DNA of 64,000 nucleotides from Squalus acanthias (lineage: Eukaryota). Position numbers and translations under genes: made by a program. Position 1 is the first letter of the stretch. Every line of letters starts with the position of its first letter. The stretch lies in the NCBI GenBank assembly GCA_030390025.1, contig CM059432.1:11904001-11968000 (forward strand), in the 5' to 3' direction. Positions 1 to 12,050 of this stretch are shown piece by piece. The notes beneath the pieces were generated by a model, which worked only from the letters and a program-made list of their open reading frames with translations, searched no databases and was not told the DNA's origin.

Positions 1-1210
1 ATTTTCACATCACTGTCCTTGTTATGTGTGGTATGCTCAGCCCCCAATGGGCAGAAATCAGTTTACCTTGAGAATCCCTGAGATCCTCTTATTGACCCCA
101 ATTTGAAAACCTATGGTTTACACCAGAAGACACTCTCCTTCCCACCCCGACCTCATGTTTTACAAACAGTTCCTGCTCTCTCTCTTCACTGTTTTCTAAT
201 AAATATCCTTTTCTGTTCCAGTAGAAATAGTCCCAATATCTCAAGCCCCACCTCATAACCATAGTTTCCTATTCCTGTCATCTTCCTGGTAAATCTACTT
301 GGTATGCTCGCTATGACTTTTATAATGGGATGTCAAGCCTCCACTATTTGTTTCTCATTTATCCCCGAGTGGTCCTACCTGCTCTCTAACTATCTGTTTG
401 CTTTTTATATGCTTACTATTTCCTTTTATATTACCTGCTAGTCTTTTTTCATATTCCCTTTTAGTTCTCCCAATCTCCCCTTTCACCTCCCTATTACATT
501 TTCTATCCTCCTCATAAATTCCTTTAGTTCTGTTAGCTCTAATTTTATCATGTCTCCCTTTTAAATTTCGATTTGGTTTTCATCTCTCTATTTATTCGTG
601 GAACTCTAATCTTTGATGCACCCCCTATTATCTTATAGTAATGTACCCATTTTTACTCTATTCATCTCATATTTGAAGCTTTCCCACTGCTGATCCATTG
701 ATATATTTGCTAACTTATCTGCCCAGCTAATCTGAGCCAGATCACTTCTTCTCTGGCTGAATTTTGCCTTTTGTTTGACTCTTTATTATCCTTTCCTATT
801 CTTACATTGAACCCAACAATGTACTGGTCATTGTTTCCCAATTTTTCTCCAACTCTCATCAGTTATTTCCCCAACTTAGTTTCCCAGAAGTAAATCCAAG
901 CAATGCGTGTTTCTTTAATCAGTACAAGTTACAAAAACATACAATTAGGTCAGATGCTAGGAACTACTTTTCGCAGAGTCGTTGATCTCTGGAATAAGTT
1001 GCCAGCATGTGTGGTGAGTGTGGATTCGTTGCATGTTCAAAAGGGAGCTGGATGAGTTCCTGTAGGTGGAAGGGATCACAAGTTAGGTGGGTAGTGATAT
1101 TGGTTAATGGGGATAATAGTATCAGCATCATGGCCCCATAGAGGGGTTGTTTGATTGTCTGGTGAGGGTTGGAGGGGAATTTCCCAGACCTTTATTCCCT
1201 AAAGTGATAT

Positions 1211-2290
1211 ACATAAGAACATAAGAAATAGGAGCAGGAGTAGGCCATACAGCCCCTCAAGCCTGCTCCGCCATTCAATAAGATCATGGCTGATCATCGA
1301 CCTCAACTCCACTTTCCCGCCCGATCTCCATATCCCTTGATTCTCCTAGAGTCCAAAAATCTATCGATCTCAGCCTTGAATATACTCAAAGACTCAGCAT
1401 TCACAGCCCTCTGGGGCAGAGAATTCCAAAGATTCACAACCCTCTGAGTGAAGAAATTCCTCCTCATCTCAGTCTTAAATGGCCTACCTCTTATTGTGAG
1501 ACTATGCCCCATAGTTCTAGACACTCCAGCCAGGGGAAACAACCTCTCAGCATCTACCCTGTCAATCCCCTTCAGAATCTTGTATGTTTCAATGAGATCA
1601 CCTCTCATTCTTCTAAACTCCAGAGAGTATAGGCCCATTCTACACAATCTCTCATCATAGGACAGCCCTCTCATCCCAGGAATCAATCTAGTGAACCTTC
1701 ATTGCACCACCTCCAAGGCAAGTATATCCTTCCTTAGATAAGGAGACCAAAACTGTGCAAGGTACTCCAGGTGTGGTCTCACCAAGGCCCTGTACAATTG
1801 TAGCAAGACTTCCTTATTCTTATACTCCAACCCCCTTGCAATAAAGGCCAACATGCCATTAGCCTTCCTTATTGCTTGCTGTAATGGCATGCTAACTTTT
1901 CTGTGTTTCTTGCACAAGGACACCCAAATCTCTCTGAACACCAACATTTGAAAGTTTCTCACCATTTAAAAAATATTCTGTTTTTCTATTCTTCCTACCA
2001 AAGTGAATAGCCTCACATTTCCCTACATTATACTCCATCTGCCACCTTACTGCCTACTCACTTAGTCTATCTATATCCCTTTGCAGACTCTTTGTGTTCT
2101 CCTCACAGCTTACTGTCCCACCTAGCTTTGTATCGTCAGCAAAATTGGATATATTACACTCGGTCCAGTCATCTAGATCATTAATATAGATTGTAAATAG
2201 CTGAGGCCCCAACACTGATCCTTGCGGCACCCCACTAGTTACAGCCTGCCAACCTGAACAAGATCCGTTTACCCTACTCTCTGTTTTCTG
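1211..2290 (-). mobile_element. CR1-type LINE, 5'-truncated 3' portion (RT C-terminus + 3' UTR)
   Basis: ORF fragments [22 protein letters not shown] / FADDTK / LVRPHLEY / RRMRGDLIETYKI; tail (TTCTTATG)n-like at 1211-1230. Confidence 0.92.
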
Positions 2291-2419
2291 TCCGTTAGTT
2301 TTTCTTTTTTGCCTCTCACTGGAGATTGCATGTCTGCAGGGAGGGATGGGTTTAATGGTGTGAGTTGGTGTCACCATGTCAGCACAGGACAGGCTTGGTG
2401 CACCATCTGATCTTTTCCT

Positions 2420-2835
2420 GTCCTTTTTCAGATGTTTTTGTATCAGTGGACTAGATTGACCTGGGAAGCAGTCTTGGATGAATTCTAAAAGGTGTTTCCT
2501 ACCTTGACTATGCATTATCTTTATCCCAGTCTATCTTGGGCTAGCTAAAGTCACTCAATATTAGTGCCATGTTGTTCTCACATATCTCCTTGAACTGTCT
2601 GCAGATATCCTCCACTATCTCATCGCCATTGTTTGGTGGCATGTAATGCACACCAAAATTTGTACTATTTCCTTTCCTATTTCTTAACTTTATCAATAAT
2701 GGATTGTGTGTTAATGCAATCCCTTAGGACATTTTTACATTCTAGCCCTGTGATAGAAGCTTTTATTAACACTGCCATCCCACCCCCCCACCCCCAATCT
2801 CTCCTGGAAATGTTATCCTGAATCCAATTCTTTGG
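2420..2835 (-). mobile_element. Degraded CR1-type LINE fragment (endonuclease region)
   Basis: Fragments such as RRD..GGGMAVLIK and LLEFIQDCF resemble CR1 ORF2 N-terminus. Confidence 0.55.
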
Positions 2836-4100
2836 AATGTTTACCTTTATTCTTTCTCCTGACTCTCTCATTTACATTTTTGATATTCCTTGCCTTTTCG
2901 ACAAGAATGTTTTTGTTTCTCACTATCCCAAAGCCTCTTTCTTTCCTTCCCTTTTTCCTCTAATATGTTCTCACTATTTCAGCTAAACCTTCTGTTTCTA
3001 TTCCCACCGCTTTATTAATCCTGATTGATAGAGCTATACAAGATACTAAATGGAATAAAAAATGTAATCCTGAGCACCATTCAAGTTAAATCATGACACC
3101 AATACAAGGAGAAAGAGGTACAAACCAGTTGAGGATGTCACAAGTGAATTCTTTAGATAAGGAATGATTAATACCTGGAATGGGCTTCCAGGTAGAGCAA
3201 TGGAAGCAAAACTTTTGGAGAAATTCAAGGTACAGTTAGATACTGAGGGCAAACACGTTTCTAAAGAAGGATACGCCAAATGGTCTGTACTTGTCTGTGA
3301 TCTATCCTTCCATTTGGTATGCTGACTGATCTGTGCACTTTCTGTTATTTCATATTTCTAGCAATCACAGTTTTATAAAGCTCGGATATTACAGTTGTTG
3401 GTTTGCTGATACTCTGCTGCATTTCAATTTTTCCTGCAGAGGTTTCGAAAACGCAACAGTTTAACTGAAATTCTTAGGACTTTTGATCTAATCTGAGTGG
3501 GAAACAAACCTATAACAGCAGTGTACTTTCAATGAGTGTGTTGGTAAAATGTCTTACAACACACAATGTTAATCCGAGAACATCTTGCCCCACTTAACAC
3601 TATAAACTCCACTTCCATTAGTCAGACCTGTTGAATTTCAATTACTTGGAATGGACACGCTCATTTTGGCTTAAAAATCCAAAGCTTTAAATCCACTCTG
3701 GGGGAAAAAAAAACTTGGGTTCCAATTTTTCAGATGGGCTTGCAGTTTGTCTCACCTTTTGCGATGATAAATCCTAGTGCTAATATTCCAGCCCGAGGTT
3801 GGTCAGCACATTGGAAGCAGTGGGGGGCGGTCACTGAACGTACTGAAAGTCGTCGTAAGGCGGAAAGTCTATCAGATCGTAGGCATCGAGCAGGTAAATG
3901 ACCACGAAAAGAACGGAGAAAAAGACAAAGAGGCAAAATGAGGGGAAGTAACAGCAACAACGGCACAGGCAGAGTAAAAACAAGGACATGGCAAACTAAG
4001 CCAAAGGAGTGGAGTCAAAACTTTGCCCTGAGTTTGTTGAAGTCAGTGACGTAACTGTGTCAGGGGGATGACGCAACCCTCGGCGGAGGAGGAGGAGGCG

Positions 4101-4353
4101 GACGTCGCGACGTCAGGCGCTTGACGACGATTTGAGTGAATGCCAGGAGGGCGACGTCATGACGTCAGGCGCTTGACGACGATTTGAGTGAGGGCCTGGA
4201 GGGCGACGTCATGACGTCAGGCGCTTGACGACGGGAGGAGTGAGGGCCAGGTGGGCGACGTCAGGCGCTTGACGATGGGAGGAGTGAGGGCCTGGGAGGG
4301 CGACGTCATGACGTCAGGCGCTTGACGACGGGATGAGTGAGGGCCAGGAGGAG
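4101..4353. repeat. 52-bp minisatellite, 5 copies, carrying CRE palindromes
   Basis: Units start at 4101, 4153, 4205, 4257, 4302; consensus GACGTCATGACGTCAGGCGCTTGACGACG...GAGTGAGGGCCWGGAGGGC; copy 4 lacks one GACGTCAT. Confidence 0.95.
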
Positions 4354-4485
4354 GAGGAGGCGGAGCCCTGAGATTTCCCCAATGTCCTCGCTGCTTAAAC
4401 ATTTCAAACGTGGATCTAACGACTAGCCGTTTTAAGAACGAGGGAAGTGGGGAGGAGGGCAAAAAACCACGAGAGAGAGAAAAGC

Positions 4486-4575
4486 ATGGCGCACCGCTAT
4501 TTGCTGATGGCCGGGTGCTGTCGAGGACTGTACAAAAGCTTCGGCCCTCAGCACAGCAGCCGAGCCTGGAGACGG
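4486..4575 (+). CDS. AFG3L2: AFG3L2 exon 1 (MAHRYLLMAGCCRGLYKSFGPQHSSRAWRR; Arg-rich mitochondrial presequence)
   Basis: GCATGG start, MAHR N-terminus as in vertebrate AFG3L2, donor CGG|GTAAGC, phase 0 matches exon 2. Confidence 0.88.
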
Positions 4576-4994
4576 GTAAGCGAGGAGGAGGAGGGAGAGG
4601 GCGGGCTTTAACCAGGGTCACTCGGGCACTGCTCAGGGCTGGCGTGTTTACACCAGCAACCACTTCCCTTCGGTTTGGTGTTGCGGCCCCCTCCACCCCC
4701 CACCCCTGTTCAGGTCCCTTTTTTAAAATGTAATTTAAATTGACTGCGGGATGCTGGCGGATTTTAGGCCTTTCCACTTGTATAACGACGTTGAGACACT
4801 GCAGGGTCACACACATAATAGCCTTTGCCCTTCCCTCCCCCCCTTGTCACTGCACTCCTGTAGTATCCACTTCCTAAAACTAAAATCAACTTCAGCTAGC
4901 TTTTTAGTGAGTCTTTGCAGAATAATGTGTAATTCCAGTTTCATTTGCAGTTGTGAGGGTATTATTTTTATATAAGGGGACCATTTATTCTTGA

Positions 4995-6152
4995 GAATCA
5001 TAGAAAGTTACAGCACGGAAGGAGACCATTTCGGCCCATCGTGTCCGCGCCGGCCAACAAAGAGCTATCCAGCCTAATCCCACTTCCCAGCTCTTGGTCC
5101 GTAGCCCTGCAGGTTAGAGCATCCCAAGTGCACATCCAAGTACTTTGTAAATGTGGTTAGGGTTCCTGCCTCTACCACCCTTTCAGGCAGTGAGTTCCAG
5201 ACCCCCACAACCCTCTGGGTGAAGAAATTTCCCCTCGAATCCCCTCTAAACCTTCCACCAATTACTTTAAATTTGAGGACCAACTTGATGAAGGTGGCAG
5301 GACAAGTTGATAAACCTGTTTTTTAAAAAAAAGCACACAGGATCCTTGGCTTTGTAAATAGATGCATAGAGTACAAAAGCAAGGAAGTTGTGCAAATACT
5401 GTATAAATCATTGGCTGGGCCTCAGCTGGAGTATTGGTGTCTAATTTTGGGCACCACACTTTAGGAAGAATGTCAAAGCCTTGGAGAGAACCTAATAGGA
5501 GCAGGAGTAGGTCATTCAGCTCTTCGAGCCTGCTCTACCATTCAATAAGATCATGGCTGATCTTCTACCTCAACTCCACCTTCCCGCGCTATCTCCATAT
5601 CCCTTGATTCCCTTAATATCCAAAAATCTATCGATCTCTATCTTGAATATACTCCATGACTGAGAAGGTGCAGAGGAGATTTACTAGACTGGTACCAGGG
5701 ATAAGGGAGTTCAATTATGTCGAGAGATGAGAGAAACTGGGATTGATCGCCTTAGAGTAGAGAAGGTTAAGGGGAGATTTAATAGAGGCATTCAAAATCA
5801 TGAAGGGTTTAGAGTAAATAAGGAGAAACTGCTTCCACAGGAAGCATACATGCCTCATTGAGGCGGTAACCAGAGAACACCAATTTAAGGTAATTGACAA
5901 AAGAGCCAGAAGTGAGATGCGAATTTATTTTATGCAGAGAGTTCGTATGATCTGGAATGCGCTGTATGAAAGGGCGGTGGAAGCAGATTCAGTAGTAACT
6001 TTCAAAAGCGAATTGGATAAATACTTGAAGAGGAGAAAATTGCAGGGTGGTGGGGAAAGAGCATGGTAGTGAGTCTAATTGGATAGCTCTTTCAAAGAGT
6101 CGGCACAGGCACGATGGACTGAATAGCGACCTCCTGTGCTGTATGATTCTAT
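4995..6152. mobile_element. Nested cluster of CR1 3' fragments (- 4995-5272; + 5290-6152 interrupted by a - tail at ~5490-5662)
   Basis: FFTQRVV.WNSLP motif ORFs and CR1 3' UTRs; the + copy resumes after the inserted tail. Confidence 0.85.
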
Positions 6153-6344
6153 AATATCACACCTAAAGTATTGAAAAATGACCCAAGGCGCTTCACAGAA
6201 GTGTAATCACAAAAATTGACACCAAGCCAATGAAGGAGATATTTTGAGAGGTGACTGGGCACTTAGTTAAAGAAGTGGGTTTTAAGAAGTGTCTTAAAGG
6301 AGGAGGCAGATTGAGAGAGATTTAGGGAGGGAATTCCAGAGCAT

Positions 6345-8765
6345 ACAACAACAACAGTTTGCATTTATATAGTGCCTTTAATATGTTAAAACGTTCCAAG
6401 GTGCTTCACAAGGGTGTAATCAGACAAGAAGTGACACAGAGCCCAAGAAGGAGACATTAGGACAAGTAACCAAAAGTTTGGTCAAAGATGTAGGTTTTAG
6501 CGAGTGTATTAAAGGATGAGGGAGAGGTTTCGGGAGGAAATTCCAGAGCTTAGGACCTAGATGACTGAAGACATGACCGCCAATTGTGGGGCAAAGGAAG
6601 TGGGGGATGCAGAGTCCAAAGTTTGAGGAATGCAGAGTTCTCGGAGAGTTGTAGGACTGGAGGAGGTTACAGAGATAAGGAGGGGCAAGGCTGAGGAAGA
6701 ATTTGAACACGAGGATGAGAATTTTAAAATTGAGAGGTTGTTGGATTGGGAGTCAATATAGGTAAGCCAGTGGGGGTTGGGAAAGGTGGTGATGGTTGAG
6801 CAGGAATTTGTGAGGGTTAGGATACAGGCAGAAGAGTTTTGGATAAGCTCAAGCTGATGGAGGGTGGAAGATGGCAAGCTGACCAGGAGACAATTGCAAT
6901 TGTTGAGTCTGGAGATATGAAAAGCATGGATGAGAGTTTTCTTCAGCAGATGGGCTGAGGAGGGGTGATGATGGGCAATGTTACGGAGGTGGAAGTAGGC
7001 GGTCTTTGTGATGGAGAGGATATGGGGTCGGGAAGTTCATGTCGAAGTCAAATAAAACCGCGATCAGTCTGCTTGAGCCTGAGACCGTGCCCAGGGCGCG
7101 CAGTGGAATCGTTGGCTAGGGAACGGAGTTTGTGGCAAGGGCCAAACACAGTGGCTTTAGTCTTCCCATATATTTAATTGAAGGATATTTCGGCTCATCC
7201 CGGATTGGATGTTGGACAAGCCGTCTGACAACACAGAGGCAATGGTGGGGTCGAGAGAGGTGGTGGTGAGGTAGAGCAGGGTGTCGTCAGCATACATGTG
7301 GAACCTGACCTGTTTTGGGATGTTATCGCCGAGGGGCAGTATGTAGGTGAGAAATAGGGAGGGGCCAAGGATAGATCCTTGGGGGGTCTCTAGAGGTAAC
7401 AGTGCGTTGTAAGGTACGCATGGATAGGTAAAAGTGGAACCAGGCGAGGGCAGTGCTTTGGGGGGAGGATGGTGTGGTTAACCATGTCAAATACTGCAGA
7501 CAGGTTGAGAAGGATGAGGAGGGGTAATGCACCATGGTCACAGTCGCATAGGATATAATTTGTGACTGATTAGGGCAATTTCAGTGATGTGGCGGGGCAG
7601 AAACCTGATTGGAGAGGTTCAAACGTGGAGTTGCAGAAAAGTGGGCACGGATTTGGGAGGTGACAATACGGTCTAGGACTTGGGAGAGTAAAGGGAGGTT
7701 GACGATGAGGCGGGCGTTTGCAAGGACAGAGAGGACAGGTGTTTTTTGAGGAGGGGGTGGGGGGGCGATGACAGTAGATTTGAAAGGGCGGGGACAGTAC
7801 CTGAGGACAGGGAACCGTCTACCATATCAGCTAGCATGAGGACCAGGAAGGGAAGTTGGGTGGTCAGCGGTTTAGTGGGAATAGGGTCGAGGGAGCAGGA
7901 GGTGGATCTCATGGACAAGATGAACTTGAAAGAGCATGTAGGGAGACAGGATAGAAACTAGAGAAAGCTGTGAGTTCCGGGCGAGGGCAGGAGGGTTCCT
8001 TGGGGGAAGTTTGGCTTGGTGGGGAAGAGAGGGATGTGGCAGAGGCAGCTGAGCGGATGGTTCAAGCAAGTGGAGAAAAGAAAGGCTTATATTTGGATTC
8101 CAAGATAATCCTGGAGCAGTGAGCAGTTTTGGCAGAGGCGAGCAGGGCCCAATATTGCTTGATGTGGTCCTGCCAGATCTGACAATGAATGGCTAAACCA
8201 GTTGTGCACCATAAACATTCAAATCTGCATCTCTTGAACTTAAGGGAGCAAAGATGGAGGCCATATCAAGGAGAATGACCAGGGTGGGAGAGAGTAAGGG
8301 ATTTACTGGGGACAAAGGCATCAAAGGTGGAGGTGAGGGTGTGATTGAGCAGGTCGGTAGCTGCAGAAGTATTGTGGCGAATGGAGAGCCAAAGGCTCGA
8401 CAGTTGGGAGTTTGAAAGTGCCGTTGTAAGTGATTTGGGGGAGAGTTTTTTCCAGGAGAGGACGCAGAAGGAATTGGAGTTGGAAGGGGGAGCGGGTGTG
8501 AGTGGCGAGTGAGTGATACAAGGAAGTGATCAGAGTTGGCCTTGTCTGTGATTGAGTCGAAGGGAACAGAGAGGCCACGTGAGATGGCAAGGCTGAGGGT
8601 GCGGCTGGGAATGTGGGTAGGAGAGTTTATATGGAGGGAGCGGTTTAAGGGAGGGCAGGAGGACAGTGAACTCAGAGGAGAGAGGGCAAGGTGAGTTGAG
8701 ATGGAGGTTAAAATCACCAAGGATGAGAAGTCGCTCGGTGCTGAGGGAGGAAAGAGTGAGCTTAG
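6345..8765 (-). mobile_element. Degraded L2-type LINE
   Basis: Frameshifted ORF2 pieces (SCSLDPIPT, LELIQNSSACILT, LAPPYLCNLL, LGPKLWNFLP); tail TATATAAATGCAA..(GTT)n. Confidence 0.82.
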
Positions 8766-9943
8766 TGCCTGGACAGCTGAAGGCACGTCCACCAATGGTG
8801 GAGTGAAGGGACTGTTGGTTCGTCTCCTGTTCTTAGGCAACCCATTCTTCCACTGCTATCTGTCCAGAGCAAGATATTTGATTCTGATAGGAGTATAATT
8901 TTACATTGCGTCCAGCAGATTTTTTTTTCCATAGTTATTTATATTTGCAAGTCTGTAATAGACTGATCTTGTTTCGGACTATGTAGATGCAGTTTTTAAG
9001 CTGCAGGAGCCTGGGATTAGGGTCTCTGCTTTTGCTGCCAAAATTAGAGAAATTTCACACCTTGAAACAAAGGAATTGAGTCAAAAGGAAAATAAAAGAT
9101 GATTTATTTGTGGGAAGGCTAGAGTCACAAGACATTCTCTGGCCACAGTTTAATATATTTCAAGGTCAATGGTGCATTTACTGTATAGCTGTGTTTACAA
9201 TTAATCATTGACTAAACATCAGCTGGACGCATTCATCGAGTAAAACTTGCTGTGAAAAATGTACTCTTGTGGATGTTTAAGGTTAGTTTTGTGTGAAGTC
9301 TGGCACTTTTAGGATGTTGGGAAAGCCAATGGAATATAAAGCTCCCATTTGATTCCGTTTGGTATTATTATAGCTGGGCCCTGAGAAAATGACTCCCGTG
9401 ACCAACTGCAGTGGTCATTTAGCCAAACTGGTGACATATGCTGAATATGAAGAGCAAATGGCTGAGCCTTTTCAGTCTAGCTTACAGTTCTTCACTACAG
9501 AATCACTTGGAATTTCTCAGAGGTTGACTATTGAGTGCGTATTTGAATAATATCTATTACAAACATTACTGTTGGGTGGCACAACTTGCCTTGGACAATC
9601 TCCATGTAGTATGAAGCATTCGGGAGGAGTTTGATGTTTTTTTAATCTGTCGTTTCTTAAGTGGTAATTACAGTTTGTATGTACCACCAAAGCACTGGAT
9701 TAGTTAGCATAGGTGGAACAGTTGCTGAAGGAATTCTTGAATCTGTAAGCAAGGTGATACATAAGAACATAAGAAATAGGAGCAGGAGTAGGCCCTTCGA
9801 GCCTGCTCCACCATTCAATAAGATCATGGCTGATCATCTGCCTCAACTCCACCTTCCCGCACTATTCCCATATCCCTCGGTGATATGATATATGGTGTAT
9901 TCTTGTGACATTCTCTGCTTTGTGTGATTTATTGTTCTTGCAG

Positions 9944-10043
9944 TTCTCAGATTGTGCGCACAATTGTGTGGGCTTGGATCAGAACAGTCTACTGGCAAAT
10001 GTGCTAGGTGCCTATGGACGGCTCTGCTCAAGACCTCCAAAAG
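9944..10043 (+). CDS. AFG3L2: AFG3L2 exon 2 (FSDCAHNCVGLDQNSLLANVLGAYGRLCSRPPK)
   Basis: TTGCAG acceptor, AAG|GTGAG donor, 100 nt, NSLL...CSRPPK motif. Confidence 0.9.
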
Positions 10044-10370
10044 GTGAGATATCTTGAAATTCGAATGAAATGTTATAATTATTGCGAATAACAAATTAGT
10101 CTCTTTTTGTTTCAAGCCTCCAAAATCATTTTTGTAATTGACATTCTTTGTCCCCTCCGTAAAACACAAATGAGAATACAACATGCTTTATTAAAAAATG
10201 AGGTATTAAATTTTTTTTTTAGCGCATTTGAATTCTGAAGAAGCTCTGTGCTCTGAATTATAGCAATTTTACTTTTGTGATTGACCAAATGATTTAGAAA
10301 CTGTTATTGGAGTGGTGTATTTGAGTGTTAGGTCACAGGTTTGCATCTGTTTGCACACCATCCTGACTTT

Positions 10371-10958
10371 TTTATTCGTTCACAGGATGTGGGCATCGTT
10401 GGCAAGGCCAGCATTTATTGCCCATCCCTAATTGCCCTCGAGAAGGTGGTGGTGAGCCGCCTTCTTGAACTGCTGCAGGTACTCCCACAGTGCTGTTACG
10501 CTTCTTTGTAGCGGTTTGGTACAACTGAGTGGCTTGCTAGGCCATTTCAGAGGGCAGTTAACAGTCAACCACATTGCTGTGGGTCTGGAGTCACATATAG
10601 GCCAGACCGGGTAAGGATGGCAGATTTCCTTCCCTAAAGGACATTAGTGAACCAGATGAGTTTTTACGACAATCCGATAGTTTCATGGTCACCGTTACTG
10701 ATACTAGCTTTTTATTGCAGATTAATTTAATTAATTGAATTTAAATTCCCCAGCTGCCGTGGTGGGATTTGAACTCACGTCTCTGGATCATTAGCCCAGG
10801 CCTCTGGATTATTAGAAATAAAAACAGAAAATGCTGGAGACACTCAGCAGGTCAGGCAGCATCTGTGAAGAGAGAAACAGAGATAACGTTTCAGGTCGAT
10901 GACCTTTCGTCAGAATTTCTGGATTATTAGTCCAGGAGCATAACCACTATGCTACCGT
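10371..10958 (-). mobile_element. tRNA-derived SINE with LINE-derived tail, containing a nested Penelope tail (10816-10915)
   Basis: Head TACGGTAGCATAGTGGTTAT, B-box-like GAGTTCAAATCCC; same family at 15819, 21425, 24875, 41930, 53360. Confidence 0.8.
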
Positions 10959-10984
10959 ATACCGTATCCTTATTGGACATGTAT

Positions 10985-11180
10985 CGTCCATCCTTCATCG
11001 TCACTGGGTCAAAATACTGGAACTCCCTACCTAACAACACTGTGGTTGTACCTTCACCACACCGACTGCAGCAGTTCAAGAAGGCGGCTTACCACCACCT
11101 TCTAAGGGGCATCTAGGGGTGGGTAATGAATGCTGCCCTTGCTAGCAATGCCCACAACCCGTGAATGAATTAAAAAAAAA
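10985..11180 (+). mobile_element. 3' end of a second CR1-like LINE family (…AHHHLLKGN type)
   Basis: Same terminus as copies at 33688, 46455, 50985, 52170, 53893, 63778; ends in GAAT repeat + A tail. Confidence 0.8.
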
Positions 11181-11706
11181 ACTATGCTGCAGACTGGATT
11201 AAATGCAAAATGGAAATCCTGTGAAACGTTCTAACTTTTCAGTAAACATTTAAGTAAGCTATAGGTTATATTCGTGTCTCCCTTCTTGTACCCTAGTACA
11301 GCTCCTGGATTAGCATCCATGGAGACGACTATGGGTTTACTCACCTTTTTAATCAAAATGGTAATTGTGCAGAGGCTAACTGGTCAGTATATGCCATGGC
11401 TACCATAATTTCTACTCTGTTAATAACTCAATGTCTCATATTTTCCAGTTGGCAGTGTTCTGATGATTCAAAGACCACAAAAACATTTGATGGCAAAACC
11501 AACCTGGTTTTATGAAATGGGTGTGAGGTTAGGGTCGAGTTGCCCAGTAAACAAGCAGCAGGATTGAGGGATATTATCACCTTGGGCCATGTCAAAGAAT
11601 ACCCACCACTGTACCAGGATGTAAACACTAGTATATATTCCCATAGGAGATACACCAGGATTACCCTAGTTGAAGCTGCACCTCCAGTGCAAGGATGAGT
11701 CATGGG

Positions 11707-11783
11707 CAACGTTCCACTAAGTTGTGCTCCCGCGCAGCCCCTTAAAGGGGTCGCGCACCCAAAAGAAATTAGGGGGAACATTG
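11707..11783. mobile_element. hAT-like mini-MITE, 77 bp
   Basis: TIRs CAACGTTCC...GGAACATTG; perfect 8-bp TSD GTCATGGG. Confidence 0.85.
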
Positions 11784-11891
11784 GTCATGGGGTTCAGTGT
11801 TTATCCTTGGTGTTGCCTAGAAAAGTTTAACTAAGCTCGCACTGCGTGTAGTTCTTAAAGTGACTTTTATGTTAATGTATTTTTTTCACAG

Positions 11892-11966
11892 GTTTTGAAA
11901 AATATTTTCCAAACAAAAAATCTAAAAGAACAAGTGAATCCAAAGGATCATCCAATGAGGTGAAAG
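11892..11966 (+). CDS. AFG3L2: AFG3L2 exon 3 (GFEKYFPNKKSKRTSESKGSSNEVK)
   Basis: CACAG acceptor, GFEKYFP motif, AAG|GTATTG donor, phase 1-1. Confidence 0.92.
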
Positions 11967-12050
11967 GTATTGCACATAGTTTATTGGCATCATATCATCA
12001 TTTATGAATGATTTGCATGAATTTAGAATTTTTACTTGGGATAAAATTTA

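Larger units (their letters stand above)
3790..4800. promoter_or_regulatory. CpG island / AFG3L2 promoter
   Basis: High CpG density spanning the first exon against a CpG-poor background; several CRE/ATF motifs. Confidence 0.85.

Noticed and set aside
4101..4353. Regular palindromic repeats resembling a CRISPR array
   Set aside because: Whole units repeat with no unique spacers, no cas genes, and the context is a vertebrate promoter
4217..4816. 199-aa (-) and 107-aa (+) ORFs over the CpG island
   Set aside because: Non-ATG starts, low-complexity products of GC-rich DNA; the true exon 1 is in a different frame
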